DNA of 63,901 nucleotides, the filler included, from Octopus bimaculoides (Eukaryota): the NCBI RefSeq assembly GCF_001194135.2. It is 9 parts of 9 records of this genome, joined end to end, with 100 filler letters (N's around TTAATTAATTAA, not from the genome) between each part and the next. Parts side by side here need not be neighbours in the genome. Positions count along the whole stretch, not along the records: positions 22,151 to 27,988 come from NC_068983.1; positions 28,089 to 41,612 come from NC_068981.1; 7 more parts are not named here. The stretch is one strand, 5' to 3'. Both the position numbers and the translations under genes were made by a program. Below are positions 25,413 through 39,144 of the stretch, one piece after another. Numbering within the stretch: position 1 is the first letter of the stretch; every line of letters begins with the position of its first letter. The notes under the pieces are model-generated. The model was not told the DNA's origin. It worked only from the letters and a program-made list of their open reading frames with translations, and made no database searches.

Positions 25413-26925
25413 GGCATACATAAAAACAGATACACACATGAATATACATATATACATATATACATATACATACGTATATATATATATATATATATATACT
25501 AGCTGGACCCTGTGCCGTCAAAAATGACGGCTAATTGTAGTATTTTATATATAAATAAGGTACAAACCCAAGATTTGGGTTTAATAATTCTTTTATTACT
25601 AATTTTTTTTTGTGAAAAATCTATCCGCAACTAACATCCTTTGACTGCTTTTTTCCTTGAAAATGATTTTCAAGTTTTCCTTCCTTCTTGTCCGACTTAA
25701 GGTCACATAAAGATGGCTGTGACTAAATACGGAAGCTGGCAAGTAAATACCAAATACACAGAGTTGAAACACTGTTTGATTTCTTTTCAGCGTTGAATGT
25801 TAACCATCTCACTTCCATTGCGCGCGCACACGCGCACACACACAAACACACACACACATGCACACACACACACATTCACATACCCACCTTTTACATACAC
25901 ACACATATATTCACACAGAGTTGAAACGCTGTTTAATTAATTTTTTTCAGCGTACAATTTTTATCATCCTACTACCAAGTATGACATCACCCCTTTCTTT
26001 CTTATTCATCTATCACCCTTTACTTTCTCATTCATAAGAGTATTATTATAGTAGATTATCTCAGTAACCATGGGAACTATGAAAAATACAAAGCCCAGCA
26101 ACACCACCGGATCATTCTACACATCTGTGTAATTTTTCGTGCAAGTCCACCCAGCCGTCTGACCGTGAATCCCAAGACAAGAGAATATACAAGAAAGAAT
26201 AGCCCATGTCAAATTTATATGTATAAATATAATAATAATAATATAAATAATATATATATATATGCGTATATACATACATACATGTACACACTTACACACA
26301 TATGTACATATACATGCATATATGGGTACAGGACGTCAAAAAACGTAAACAATATGAAAAACGAGAACATGAATTACAAAAACATGGAAAACGAACTTTT
26401 TTTTGAACAACGAAAGAAACAAATAGAAAAACGAGACAGACAACATAAAGAACAATCCCTTCATCAGTTGTCCACTGTTTTATCTACTCTGCATTTCGAG
26501 CGTTAGGATAAGATGCGTCTTCGCCAAAAGAGTCGCAAAGAAAATTTAATAAAATTTGGGATTTGCGGAGGGTCAAAGTTGGTAACAAAAACAGGAAAGT
26601 TAAAACAAACGGTAAGGGCTGTTAAGCCATAACGAAGTGAAATGGTGAACGCTGGAGAACAAGCTTTGGCAGGAGACAGACAAAATGCGTGCTATCTCTT
26701 GTAGCTGAACGAGAAGAAAGAAAGAAATTCGAGTTAGGATAAGAAAGATGACTGCTGGTCACGTGTGAGCAACGAGAAATTCAAGGAGAAAGTGCGAGGG
26801 AGAGAGAGGGAAAGATAGAGAACGGTGAAGGAGGAGAAGAATTAGAGAAAGGATGGGAGAGAAAAAAGAAGAAAAGAAGAAGAATATAGAAAGAGGAAGT
26901 GAAAGAGGAACATATATATATATTC

Positions 26926-27033
<108 letters not shown>

Positions 27034-27048
27034 GTGTGTGTGTGTGTA

Positions 27049-27569
27049 GTTGGAAAGATACTTGCCCACATTCTGTTAGAACGTTTAAATACCTTCATAG
27101 CTCCAAATATAGTGTCTGAGTCTCAATGTGGTTTTCGCTCCTCCAGGTGCACAGTTGATTGTATCTTTAGTATCAGAGAATTCCAAGAAAAGTGCATTGA
27201 ACAAAATCTTGTCCTATACCATTGCTTTGTTGATTTAAGGAAGGCATTCGACGCTGTTAATCGAAATGCTCTGTGACTAATTCTAAGGAAAATAGGTTGC
27301 CCAGAAAAATTTGTGAAGATGATCAGGGCTTTGCATCATGATATGAAGGCTAGAGTTAATTTTGGTGGTAGACTCTCTGAATCTTTTGCTGTAGAAAATG
27401 AAAAAAAGCAAAGAGACCTTGATGAACCAACCCTCTTTGCAATATATTTTACTGTTGTGCTATCACACGCTTTTCAAAACTCCGAGGAGGGTATTTACAT
27501 AAAACATCGAACAATAGGGAATGCTTTTAATCTGACCAGACTGATATTCAATTCAAAACAAACGTTTTA
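27049..27569 (+). mobile_element. RTE-clade LINE reverse transcriptase fragment
   Basis: GKILAHILLERL...SESQCGFRSSRCTVDCIFSIREFQEKCIEQ...FVDLRKAFDAVNRNAL*LILRKIGCPEKFVKMIRALH... Confidence 0.92.
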
Positions 27570-27708
27570 ACATTATTTACATTTGACGGATATTTGTCCT
27601 CATCTTGTTTGTTGTTAACACAACGTTTCAGCTGATATACCCTCCAGCCTTCATCAGGTGTCTTGGAGAAAATTCGAAGTTGGGTTCTCATTCCTAAGGT
27701 ATTTTCGA
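27570..27708 (-). mobile_element. Short hammerhead-bearing repeat element (family 4), interrupting the RTE fragment
   Basis: atcgaaaataccttaggaatgagaaccc...gacacctgatgaagg...aatgtaaataatgt, with a second copy at 40175-40318 (+). Confidence 0.85.
27617..27662 (-). ncRNA. Type I minimal hammerhead motif (family 4)
   Basis: GACAC CUGAUGA A GGCUGG agggtata UCAGCU GAAA CG UU / GUGUU. Stem III is reduced to the loopless palindrome ACGU, and there is an extra A after A9. Confidence 0.75.
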
Positions 27709-27730
27709 TATTATTATTATTATTATTATT

Positions 27731-27988
27731 TTATGTTTGACTTTTGTTTTGCATTTGTACAAGTTGGATCCAAGTCTCACCCAGAGACCTCAAGAGACAA
27801 CAAGTTAGAAGTTCATGTAGGTGTTATGCCTAGGGTACCATATATTTGGATTTGTACAGTTTTGTTCAAGTGAATGTTTAAGAAACCATAAGAAAATTAT
27901 GTTTGCTTTAAAATTTGAGATCACATAGACAGTATTTTACGTAGGATATGGGCAGTTCCCATGAGCACTATCTTTTGGACTTCAGCCA
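27731..27988 (-). mobile_element. 3' end (ORF terminus + 3'UTR) of an R4/Dong-type LINE, ending in (TAA)n
   Basis: AEVQKIVLMGTAHILRKILSM* (stop at 27921-27923), then UTR, then (TAA)n at 27709-27730. Confidence 0.8.
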
Positions 27989-28105
27989 NNNNNNNNNNNN
28001 NNNNNNNNNNNNNNNNNNNNNNNNNNNNNNNNTTAATTAATTAANNNNNNNNNNNNNNNNNNNNNNNNNNNNNNNNNNNNNNNNNNNNGTATATATATGT
28101 ATATA

Positions 28106-28846
28106 TATAATTCAATAATAGGATAAAGTCTTTATAAGAATTTATCAAGTAGTTAGCGTGAAAAAACCTCATAAGGGAAAAAAACATCATTAATCCCTAT
28201 AAATATATTTAATGTATATAAGGGCATTACTATACAATAACGCCTCACGCTAAGTGGGACTCCAGAAGTAAAACTACTATAATAAACACATTTTTACCAA
28301 TCGCGAGGGAATGGAACTCTCAAAGCTAACCTCATAAAAACTTTTAACTTAACGGTAAACCATGATTTCATAATCAACGCAGCAGTCTGCATCTATTTTT
28401 CATCAGTACACGTATGGTCAAGACACATAAGAATAAACAAAAATCAACATACCCGACGAACACTCCATGTATTCAGTAAAGTACATACACAATTGTTTAT
28501 CCCTATATATCCATGAAAGAGGCGGGCTTCTTTAACTACACTTCGGCACATATGCTTTTTCAGAATAATGTTCAGCACTGAATATTTTCTAATTATTTAT
28601 AATTCAATAATAAGATAAAGTCTTTATAAGATTTTATCAAGTAGTTAGCTTGAAAAAAACCTCATAAGGGAAAAAAAACCCATCATTAATCTCTATAAAT
28701 ATATTTAATTTATATGAGTGCATTACTATACAATAACGCCTCACGCTAAGAGGGACTCCAGAAGTCAAACTACTATAATAAACACATTTTTACCGATCGT
28801 GAGGGAATGCAACTCTCAAAGCTAACTTCCTAAAAACTTTTAACTT
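28106..28846. repeat. ~245-bp direct repeats (28106-28350 and 28598-28846) flanking a ~247-bp spacer
   Basis: tataattcaataata.gataaagtctttataaga...aaaaacttttaactt occurs twice with scattered substitutions. The left copy abuts (TA)n. Confidence 0.9.
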
Positions 28847-29425
28847 GGTTGAAATTACCGAAATACGACAACTTTAACACGAAATAACTTTGAAAATACA
28901 AACTTTTCTCAACAGCACCAAGAGTAAGAGATGTTTTATATGACACATTCTACCAGTGTCGGAAATTGGAAAGTGTTTAGTTACAAAAAATTAATTTCTT
29001 GATGTGCTGTTCAAAGGGAAAGGATCCCATATTATTTCTCTTCCTATACTAACAGCNNNNNNNNNNNNNNNNNNNNNNNNNNNNNNNNNNNNNNNNNNNN
29101 NNNNNNNNNNNNNNNNNNNNNNNNNNNNNNNNNNNNNNNNNNNNNNNNNNNNNNNNNNNNNNNNNNNNNNNNNNNNNNNNNNNNNNNNNNNNNNNNNNNN
29201 NNNNNNNNNNNNNNNNNNNNNNNNNNNNNNNNNNNNNNNNNNNNNNNNNNNNNNNNNNNNNNNNNNNNNNNNNNNNNNNNNNNNNNNNNNNNNNNNNNNN
29301 NNNNNNNNNNNNNNNNNNNNNNNNNNNNNNNNNNNNNNNNNNNNNNNNNNNNNNNNNNNNNNNNNNNNNNNNNNNNNNNNNNNNNNNNNNNNNNNNNNNN
29401 ATATATATATATATTTACATGCGTG

Positions 29426-29458
<33 letters not shown>

Positions 29459-30187
29459 ACGCACACGCTCACACAAACACACACATATAAAGAGTGGTTA
29501 GGTGGGGCCACTCTCCTTCGTGAGATCGTTGTTTCGATTCCCTGACAGGGCTCAGTGTTCCGTTCCGGTGTTGCGTTCCTGTGCATAACACTTCATTTCA
29601 TGCTACCCTGCGATCATGTCGGCATATAACGCATGGTACACTCGTGCATATGTACAGGAAATGTCTGTTTGATTGCAGGTGGGAGTTTACATGAGCACAG
29701 TCATGTGAGTATTCGGGCTATTCAGCAGAACCCTTACTCCGCGTTTAACGACAACGGGGTTCATAGAACAAATGCACGAAGCTTTCTTCTCCTTCCATTT
29801 TCCACTTTCCTCGAGTAGTCTTTCTGTAGAAGAGCATAGGCTCAAAATGTAAAAAACTTCTTCCACTTTATCTGAACATCAGCATACTGCCCTGTGTTTG
29901 TTGTTCTTTCGCTATGTCTTGGTTTTATCTTTTTATTCTGTCCATACACCGACCACATGCATACACAAAATCGCACACACCTATGTATATACACCCATAC
30001 ACATATATGTAATATACGTTTATATACACAAAAATACTTTAATATAAATATGTATTTATATTCTTATTTATATGAATGTATACAAGCATACATGCGTATG
30101 TGTGTACCCTCGTGTATATTTATATGCTTATTACACACATATATATTCATATATGAACACACAAATATCATCATTTTAAAGAATTTA

Positions 30188-30425
30188 AGGCGGCGAGCTG
30201 GCAGAAACGTTAGAACGCCAGGTAAAATGCTAAGCGGTATTTCGTCTTCCGTTACGTTCTGAGTTCAAATTCCACCGAGGTCGACTTTGCCTTTCATCCT
30301 TTCGGGGTCGATAAATTAAGTACCAGTTACGCATTGGGGTCGATGTAATTGACTTAATCCCTTTGTCTGTCCTTGTTTATCCCCTCCGTGCTTAGCGCCC
30401 TTGTGGGCAATAAAGACATAAGAAA
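30188..30425 (+). mobile_element. SINE family C, full copy
   Basis: Same sequence as 20108-20340. Confidence 0.9.
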
Positions 30426-33039
30426 TATTTTATAAAATACTCACACACGCACATTTATATACATAGTTCTTTCACGATATTATCATTCAAAATTATCATT
30501 CAAAAATACATTAAAGTAAGTGAAAACAATATCGTATTAAGTGCAATGCATTAATAGGTTTCGTTTCCTTGCGTTTTGAGTTCAAATCTCATCTCGTGAG
30601 CAGCTATTCTTTTTATCTTTCCTGGGTTTCACAATACCACCCTCAAAATGAAATTAATAAATTTAATTACTATATAATTTAATTTAGTTGATTCAATCGA
30701 CTTCATAAAGCTAAACACGTGTCGCTTCGGGACATACTTCTTTAATCTTCCTTCCTCATTTTCATTTCTTCGTTCATTTCTGCTTTTCGTTCTATTTTTT
30801 CTTCCTTTCTTCCTGTATGACAGTCTTTCTGTCTTTTATTCTTTCTGATATTATTTATTCGTTTATATATTTATCTCTTTCTAATTGATTATACTTCGTT
30901 CTTATTGATATTGTCATAGATTTTTCTTTTTTCCCTTCCTTAATTCCTTCATTTTTCTTTCACTCCAACTTTATTTCAGTAAATATGTATATACATTTAT
31001 TTTTGTGTTTCTTTCATTATTTATATATTTGCTTATTTACTATGAAAATTGTTTCTTTCTCCCTCTGTTGTTTTTCTTTCTCCTTTTCATTGATTTCATT
31101 CTATTTCTTACTTTCTGTCTTTCCTTGTCTTTGATTCTTTAGCTCATCTTTTGTGTTCCTCTATATATTACGTTCCTTTTTCTCACTCTTTTTCATTCGT
31201 TCAATTTTTTTCTATCATGCTTTCTTTATATTAGTTACTATTTCCATTCAGTTCTCTGCTGCTTTCTTTTTTTTTTACTTTATCTTTGTAAAGTATTCTT
31301 TTTTCTATCTTTTCCTCATTTGCTATATTCTTTGATATTTTTAATCAACTTACATTTTTTCACTTTCGCTTTCTTCACATATTTTCATTTCACTTTATGA
31401 TCATTTTTTATATATCTATTTACAGTTCCTGTTGATATTTTTGCTTTAATAGATGGGCTTCCCTGATCCAAGATTCGCTGAGTTACTAAAGCTGTGAACA
31501 AGCTGTCTTTCCGTTAACTAGCTGCGTCATTTTATGTTCAGGTTATTGTTGGTTTTAAATTCTAGAGTGAAATGTACTATATTTATCGTTCCAGGAATAG
31601 CAATAAAATAAAGCACCAATCTTAACAGTGTGAATTGACACACACTTTAAAATGTTGCGTTGAATGGCTACAGTATTCGTTCTAGCTTCCGTCGTTCTTA
31701 ATTCGAATGTCATCAAGATCAGCCTCCTTTTTCGTCCTTTGGAGGACGATAAATACATATTCTTTTAAAGGTCGTTAAACATGTCATTCTAAAAGTTTCT
31801 TTATACGATTTCCTGTCCTTCCTCATCTTGAAGATAGGTTGTGGTCACACATGGCTCTCGAGAGTTTTAAGTACGATAGACACAGTAAACATAGCCCACT
31901 TCACATTTGAATTTAATTTCAACCAACTATAAACCTGAACATAAAAAGACGTAGATAATTAGCTAAAAGGAAGCGTGTTACCTGCTTTAGTAAATCTATG
32001 AATGTTGGAGAAGTTTAAAAAAATATTTTAAAAAAAGATCAAAAACTGAGATAAACATTTATGAAGAAAGTGGAAGTGAACTTTACAATTTTTACAAGAG
32101 TTGAAGTGCTGTGGCTGTTCAACAAATTTCTGCTTTATGTGACTTTATCAATTATAAAGTATTTCTCAGGCATTGGTTAATCTTTCATAGATTTCGTTCT
32201 TTTCCTTTTTTTCAATTATTAGCTTGACATTAGCTTTTCCACCTTCCGCTACTATCAGTTTTTTTTCTCCTTACTAATATACAAATTTCTATCTCCATTT
32301 ATTTATTTCTCTTCGGTCTATATTTCTTTCAGCTATCTTGGAATGCACCCTCCACCAAAATAGTATTTCACATTCTCTCTTTTTAAAAACATCCCATTTA
32401 GATTTTTCCACTCTTTTCGCATTAATCTAAATTCTTCCAAGACACAACAACGAGTATTTGGTTTCTTGGCTGCGCGACAATATAGAAACAAAAGCCAAAT
32501 CAATTTCAAAACGAACTGTAACACCTTTCACCTAGAAATATACGTCTGAAAATGTAGTACTAAGCATGCTACGTAAGACTGTAAACTTGTTACACATTTG
32601 ATCATGTCAAATCTTGACTAAACAGCAAACAACATTATCAACAGCAATAACATTTATCCTTCATTATTTTCCGTATCATCATAATCACCATAACTCTACG
32701 CTGGCAGTCGTCCTTCCTAAATGTACATTGTCTATTTCCTCATTAATACTTAGTTTTTTCTTAATATCAGTAATTCCTCTCTTTGCTCTATTTTTCTGTT
32801 CCTACATTCCTCTCCCAACTACTTTGTTAGCACTCAAATTTCTCGCACATATTTTGCATCCTCACCACTTTTTTTAAAAATTTTTACATTTTCATTTGGC
32901 TTAACACATTATACTTTGCGATCCCTCCCATTTTCTTTCGTTTTCTCTTTCGTTATTTCTTACTTTAATTTGCGTACCATGCACACACGCATGTATATGC
33001 ATATTTACATGCTCGTATATATGCATGGGTATCTATGTG

Positions 33040-33115
<76 letters not shown>

Positions 33116-34076
33116 TGTGTGTGTGTGTGTATGCATACATATACATATATGTGCATATGTATATATATATATATATGTGTGTGTGTATAGGCGTGTGTAT
33201 ATGTGCGCACATGCCTGTGTATGTTTATACATACATACATACATACATGCATGCATACACAAGAACACACATACCAACACACACACGTTATAGTCAAATG
33301 TAAGTCCTGTTCGAGCCCTCAGATCCAATTGACCGGAGTTTAGTTCAGATTTCAAGTTGTTTTAACAAAAAAGAGTACGGGACTCATGTGTGGAAGAGAC
33401 TTCAGTCCGTCTTAAACTCCCAGGTGAGTAAAATGTAGAAATATGAAATTTAGTGCATGGCTAAATACATAAAGTGCTTCGCGTTACACAAAAAAAGAAC
33501 TCTTGAATTGAGACAACAAACACACACACACACACACANNNNNNNNNNNNNNNNNNNNNNNNNNNNNNNNNNNNNNNNNNNNNNNNNNNNNNNNNNNNNN
33601 NNNNNNNNNNNNNNNNNNNNNNNNNNNNNNNNNNNNNNNNNNNNNNNNNNNNNNNNNNNNNNNNNNNNNNNNNNNNNNNNNNNNNNNNNNNNNNNNNNNN
33701 NNNNNNNNNNNNNNNNNNNNNNNNNNNNNNNNNNNNNNNNNNNNNNNNNNNNNNNNNNNNNNNNNNNNNNNNNNNNNNNNNNNNNNNNNNNNNNNNNNNN
33801 NNNNNNNNNNNNNNNNNNNNNNNNNNNNNNNNNNNNNNNNNNNNNNNNNNNNNNNNNNNNNNNNNNNNNNNNNNNNNNNNNNNNNNNNNNNNNNNNNNNN
33901 NNNNNNNNNNNNNNNNNNNNNNNNNNNNNNNNNNNNNNNNNNNNNNNNNNNNNNNNNNNNNNNNNNNNNNNNNNNNNNNNNNNNNNNNNNNNNNNNNNNN
34001 NNNNNNNNNNNNNNNNNNNNNNNNNNNNNNNNNNNNNNNNNNNNNNNNNNNNNNNNNNNNNNNNNNNNNNNNNNNN

Positions 34077-34107
<31 letters not shown>

Positions 34108-34845
34108 TGTACGTGCGTTTGTGACAACGAAACACGCAGGAATAAAGGAGGGAAGAAAGTAAGGAAGAAAAAACAAGGTAAGATAGAAAGAAGACAGAAG
34201 CAAAAGTAAAGGAGAACTGACTTGGCGTGTTTACACGTATATGTCTTGAGCGAGTTATTTTCTCCCTGAGAACATACAGAGAATGGATTTCTTAACAGTT
34301 AGAATATGCCTGAAGCACCTTTGAACTCGTAAAAAAGTGATAATAGTACACATCAATGCTTAGGGCGTCGATTTCCCCCACACACATATACTATAGGCGC
34401 AGTGGTGACTGTGTGGTAAGAAGTTTGCTTCTATCTATGTAAAGCCTTTATGGCAAATTTGATGAAATAAAGAAGTTTACTTGTCAACCACATGGTTCCG
34501 GGCCTAGTCCCACTGTTTGGCACCTTGGGCAAATGTTTCTATTATAACCATAGGCCGACCAAATACTGGTTAGTGGATTTGGTAGACAAATATTAAATTA
34601 AATACGTGTGTGTGCCTGTGTTTGTCACCCTCTTGACAGCCGATGCTAGTATGTTTATGTCCTCGTGAATTAGCGGTTCGGCAAAACAGATCGATGGAAC
34701 AAATACTAGACTTACAACGAATAAGTGGAAGAATTAAAGAACAAATTAGACATACACACACACTCACAGACACATACACTCACACACTCACACTGATACA
34801 TATACATATATATGTACATTTATAGTTTCATATATACATATTGTA

Positions 34846-35320
34846 AGGCGGCAAGCTGCTAGAAACGTTAGCATGCCAGGGGAAATGCTAAGCGGTATTT
34901 CGTCCGCCGTTACGTTCTGAGTTCAAATTCTGTCAAGGTCGACTTTGCCTTTCATCCTTTCGGGGTCGATAAATTAAGTACCAGTTACGCACTGAGGTCG
35001 ATGTAATCGACTTAATCACTTTATCTGTCCTTGTTTTTCCCCTGTATGATTAGCCCCTTGTGGACAGTAAAGAAATAAAGAACGTTAGCACACCGAGTGA
35101 AATGCTTAGCGGTATTTCGTGTATCGATATAATCGACTTAATCCGTTTGTCTGTTCTTGTTTGTCCCCTCTGTGTGTAGCCCCTTGTGGGCAGTAAAGAA
35201 ATAGGTATTTCGTGTATCTTTACGTTCTGAGTTCAAATTCCGCCGAGGTCGACTTTGCCTTTCATCCCTTCAGGGTCCAATAAATTAAGTACCAGTTACG
35301 TACTCGGGTTGATCTAATCG
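34846..35320 (+). mobile_element. SINE family C, one full copy plus two rearranged partial copies in tandem
   Basis: Repeated aacgttagca..., gtcgactttgcctttcatcc... and agccccttgtgg... blocks. Confidence 0.85.
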
Positions 35321-35669
35321 ATTGGCCCCCTCCCCAGAAATTTCGGGCCTTGTGCCTAGAGTAGAACAGCATATATACATACTGTGTGAAAGAATGAATG
35401 TGCGCGTATGTGATTGTGCGCGCGCGTTCGTATGGCTGTGTCTTTGAGTCTGTATGTATGCAAATAGCAAAACACGTGCTGCTGTGATTGTCTATGTCAG
35501 TATGCATGAGTTCATGCGTGTAAGCGTGTGTTTCTGAAATTCATGTCAATCAGCTGTTCACTCTCTGACTCATATAGTTCTTCCCTTCAGCTGTAGTGAA
35601 ACCATTCAGACTGTAGTGAAATTATAATCAAAATTAAAGTTGTCTGCTTCCGTAATTTATGCCGCAACA

Positions 35670-35991
35670 TCTATAACAAGTGAATCATCATCACCATCAA
35701 CGTCGTGATCATAGTCACCACCATCCTCCCCTTCCTCCACATCCTCATCAAATTATCATCATCACCGTCGTCGTCATCGTCATCGTCATTAGCAGCAGTA
35801 GAATCAGCAGCTTCGTCGTTAAAATCGCCGTCGTCATGATGATGACTATCATCATCATCATCATCGTCAACGTCGTTGGAGTCATCATCATCATCATCAT
35901 CATCATCGGCGTCGTCGTCGCTGTCCTCTATCCACACCACCACCGCAAACAAAAACAAGAAATCACAACCACCACCACCACCACCGCTATG

Positions 35992-36031
<40 letters not shown>

Positions 36032-36768
36032 GAAACAGTAATACTATGGGCATTAGCATTACCAAAACTATGAACGTTATAATTACAAATGTGTCTAATT
36101 ATCATCACTATCATCATCAATTTTTTCCACTTCAAGGTTTCGGCTCCATCTCCTCCGACTTCACCTCCTCCTCCTCCTCCTCTTCCTTATCGCCGTCACA
36201 CTCACCACACCCTCATCGCTTTCACCGTTTCCATCATTGTCGTTGTCAAGTTCTTCCTTGCCTGTCGTTACCGTTATCGTCACCATCATCATAAACATCT
36301 TCATCATCACCGTTATCTTCGTCATCGTCGCCGTCATCATGATCATCATTTGCAGCAGCAGCAGCAGCAGCAGCAGCACGAGTAGGAAGTAGATGAACAA
36401 CAGCGATGCCGGTAATAATAACGACATCAACAATTGCAGCTGTACATAACAAGAGCAACTGTGTCATCAGTAGCACTGACTGCAGCAAAGGAAACGGCAA
36501 GCAATCTACTGCAGTAGTTATCACGGCCGCGGAAACAACAGTTATATATATTAAAAAAAAATCTAGTTTGCCACAACAACAATCAAACCAACAGTAAGAA
36601 CAACAACAACAACAACAAAAAGTTTCAGCAACTAGAGTGGGAAGAAGAAGAACAAGAAAAAGACGATGTCAATAAAGAAAAGTAAATAACTTCGGCTAGA
36701 AACAACCAAAAAATCAGTTGCAATATTAAGCACAGCATCCAGAATACCACAACAAACACCAACGTTGT

Positions 36769-36809
<41 letters not shown>

Positions 36810-36848
36810 TTACTACTACTGCTACTACTACTGCTGCTGCTGCTGCTG

Positions 36849-36894
<46 letters not shown>

Positions 36895-37020
36895 AAAATG
36901 CAGCAGCAGCGACAATAACAGTAACTTCGTCAACAATAGAAGAATACGCAGTAACAGCATCGCGTTCACGGTATCGCTTGTCTTGCACGGGAAAGTAGAT
37001 AATTCACCCTTGCTCCTCCC

Positions 37021-37066
<46 letters not shown>

Positions 37067-37550
37067 TTCACACCTGAAATAATTTGGGACAATGTGGTCC
37101 TCGAACACAGTCAAGAATACACACGCACACAAACACACTACGCACACATAAACACACACACATATGCATACACTCGAATATTAAGCCTAAATAAACGACG
37201 TGATGGTCACGACTGGAACAAAACTAATCATAACCGATATGATGCACATCGACAACTGAAAGAATCATATCGACAACAACACGAGTAACAGCAGGAACAA
37301 AAACAACAACAACAACAAATCAGTAATAGCAACAGGCACATTAGTGTCAGCTGTTACAACTATAAGAAAAGCCTATGTCAGCCGCTTCAGTGTCTGCAGT
37401 AACAACACCGGCAACAGCAGCAGAAGTAGCAGAAAAGGGAGGAGTAACAAAATCAACAGCTGCATCTATTATTTCTACAACAATATTATCAGGAAACGCA
37501 ACAAGTTGACAATATCATCATCTGCATTTCTGGTACAATAACAACAGCAT
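35670..37550. repeat. ~1.9-kb mosaic of trinucleotide repeats (CAT, CGT, CAC, AAC, CAG, TAC, TGC)
   Basis: Read directly. The ORFs on both strands are homopolymeric. Confidence 0.85.
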
Positions 37551-37739
37551 TGGTAATGTAAGTTTTGCAGCAAACGGATCTCCCTCGGTTTTGACGATGC
37601 ATATTCTCTTGTTCAAGCGACAAATCTTTCTAATCATGGAAGTGGTGTGGCGTTTAAGTAGCTGAGAATTCCACATAAGCGCCTATCTTATTACTGTGAT
37701 GCATAAAGAGAGTTAGTGTAACAATATGATACCTAGAGT

Positions 37740-38120
37740 GGAGGCGCAATGGCCCAATGGTTAGGGCAGCCGACTCGCGGTCATAGGATAGCGGTTTCGA
37801 TTCCCAGACCGGGCGTTGTGAGAGTTTATTGAGCCAAAACACCTAAAGCTCCACGAGGCTCCGGCAGGGGATGGTGGTGAACCCTGCTGTACTCTTTCAT
37901 CACAACTTTCTCTCACTCTTACTTCCTGTTTCTGTTGTGCCTGAAATTCAAAGGGTCAGCCTTGTCACCCTGTGTTACGCTGAATATCCCCGAGAACTAC
38001 GTTAAGGGTACACGTGTCTGTGGAGTGCTCAGTCACTTGCACGTTCATTTCACGAGCAGGCTGTTCCGTTGATCGGATCAAATGGAACCCTCGACGTCGT
38101 AAGCGACGGAGTGCCAACAA
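37740..38120 (+). mobile_element. tRNA-derived SINE family A, full length
   Basis: A box TGGCCCAATGG and B box GTTTCGATTCC, with the body shared with 3016-3316. Confidence 0.9.
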
Positions 38121-39108
38121 GAACATGGTACCTAGGGTCATCTCATTTGTATCAATTGACTCTCGGCATAACAGTGCACAGGCCCATACTTTGAATTTCA
38201 AATTTTGGCACAAGGCCAGTAATTTCAGGGGTGGAGTTAAGTTGATTGTATCGACCCCGATTTTCAACTGGTACTTATTTTACCGGCGCTGTAATGAAAA
38301 GCAAATCGACCTCGGCGGATTTTGAACCCAGGACGTAAACTGACGCTAAGCATTTCGCTCCGCGTGCTAACGATTCTGCCAGCTCACCGTCTTACATTTT
38401 ATTTATGTATTGACCATAAGCCACATCATACATAGATTAGAATTGAAACCCTTAAGTTGGCACAGCTGATATCACATTTTCTCTTACATGTACAATCCAC
38501 CAGACGAGCTTACAACAGTTTCCGACTACCAGGGTTGAGTCGATCCAGAGCTATAGTAAAACGTAGTTATCTAATTTTTTTCCCGCAGTGAGATCAAAAC
38601 GGAGATTTCGGGATTAAAAACCGGATTAATAACATTTTCTGTGTCAGTAACAGCGCAGTACAAGTACATAAACAAGCGAACGGGAGACTCATAAGCTGCA
38701 GAAATAGCAGCTAAAACTCTTTGAAATCACCATTCCGCGTCATTTTTATACCCTGGGAAGATATACTAAGTCAATGAGGTAGCCTCTGCTTGTTCCTTCG
38801 AGGTGCTAGAAATAACAATTAAGCTTCCCTCAAATAAACTCCGACAACCTTATAAAAAGATTATATTGAACTATATGTTTATAAGTTCTGTACAAATATA
38901 AAAAGGACGGGATTAGAATGCTTTCATACATGGATTTATGACCAGATTCTAAACAACAGCATAAGCGATATATTCTGTAATGTGGCTTTAGATTTATAAA
39001 ATGAAATGGGTTTTGGTCTTTGGTTATAAAATCCGTACGATCAGGACTCAATGTTAACGATAGAACGATAGATTGGATAAAATAGTATTCGACAGAAAAA
39101 AAAAGAAA

Positions 39109-39144
<36 letters not shown>

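Noticed and set aside
25714-25743. ATG GCT GTG ACT AAA TAC GGA AGC TGG CAA|gtaaat (MAVTKYGSWQ) as a first exon, reminiscent of the YGSW.SP start of some S9 peptidases
   Set aside because: Only 10 codons, and no following SP-exon was found.
26455-26530. Minus-strand CUGAUGA and GAAA near 26.5 kb
   Set aside because: The motifs are in the wrong order for type I, and no consistent stem II could be drawn.
28360-28410. Minus-strand CUGAUGA...GAAA inside the direct-repeat spacer
   Set aside because: Stem II and stem III do not pair.
37740-37815. tRNA gene calls for the A/B-box heads (also 44393, 49615)
   Set aside because: They continue into multi-copy SINE bodies and lack a complete cloverleaf.
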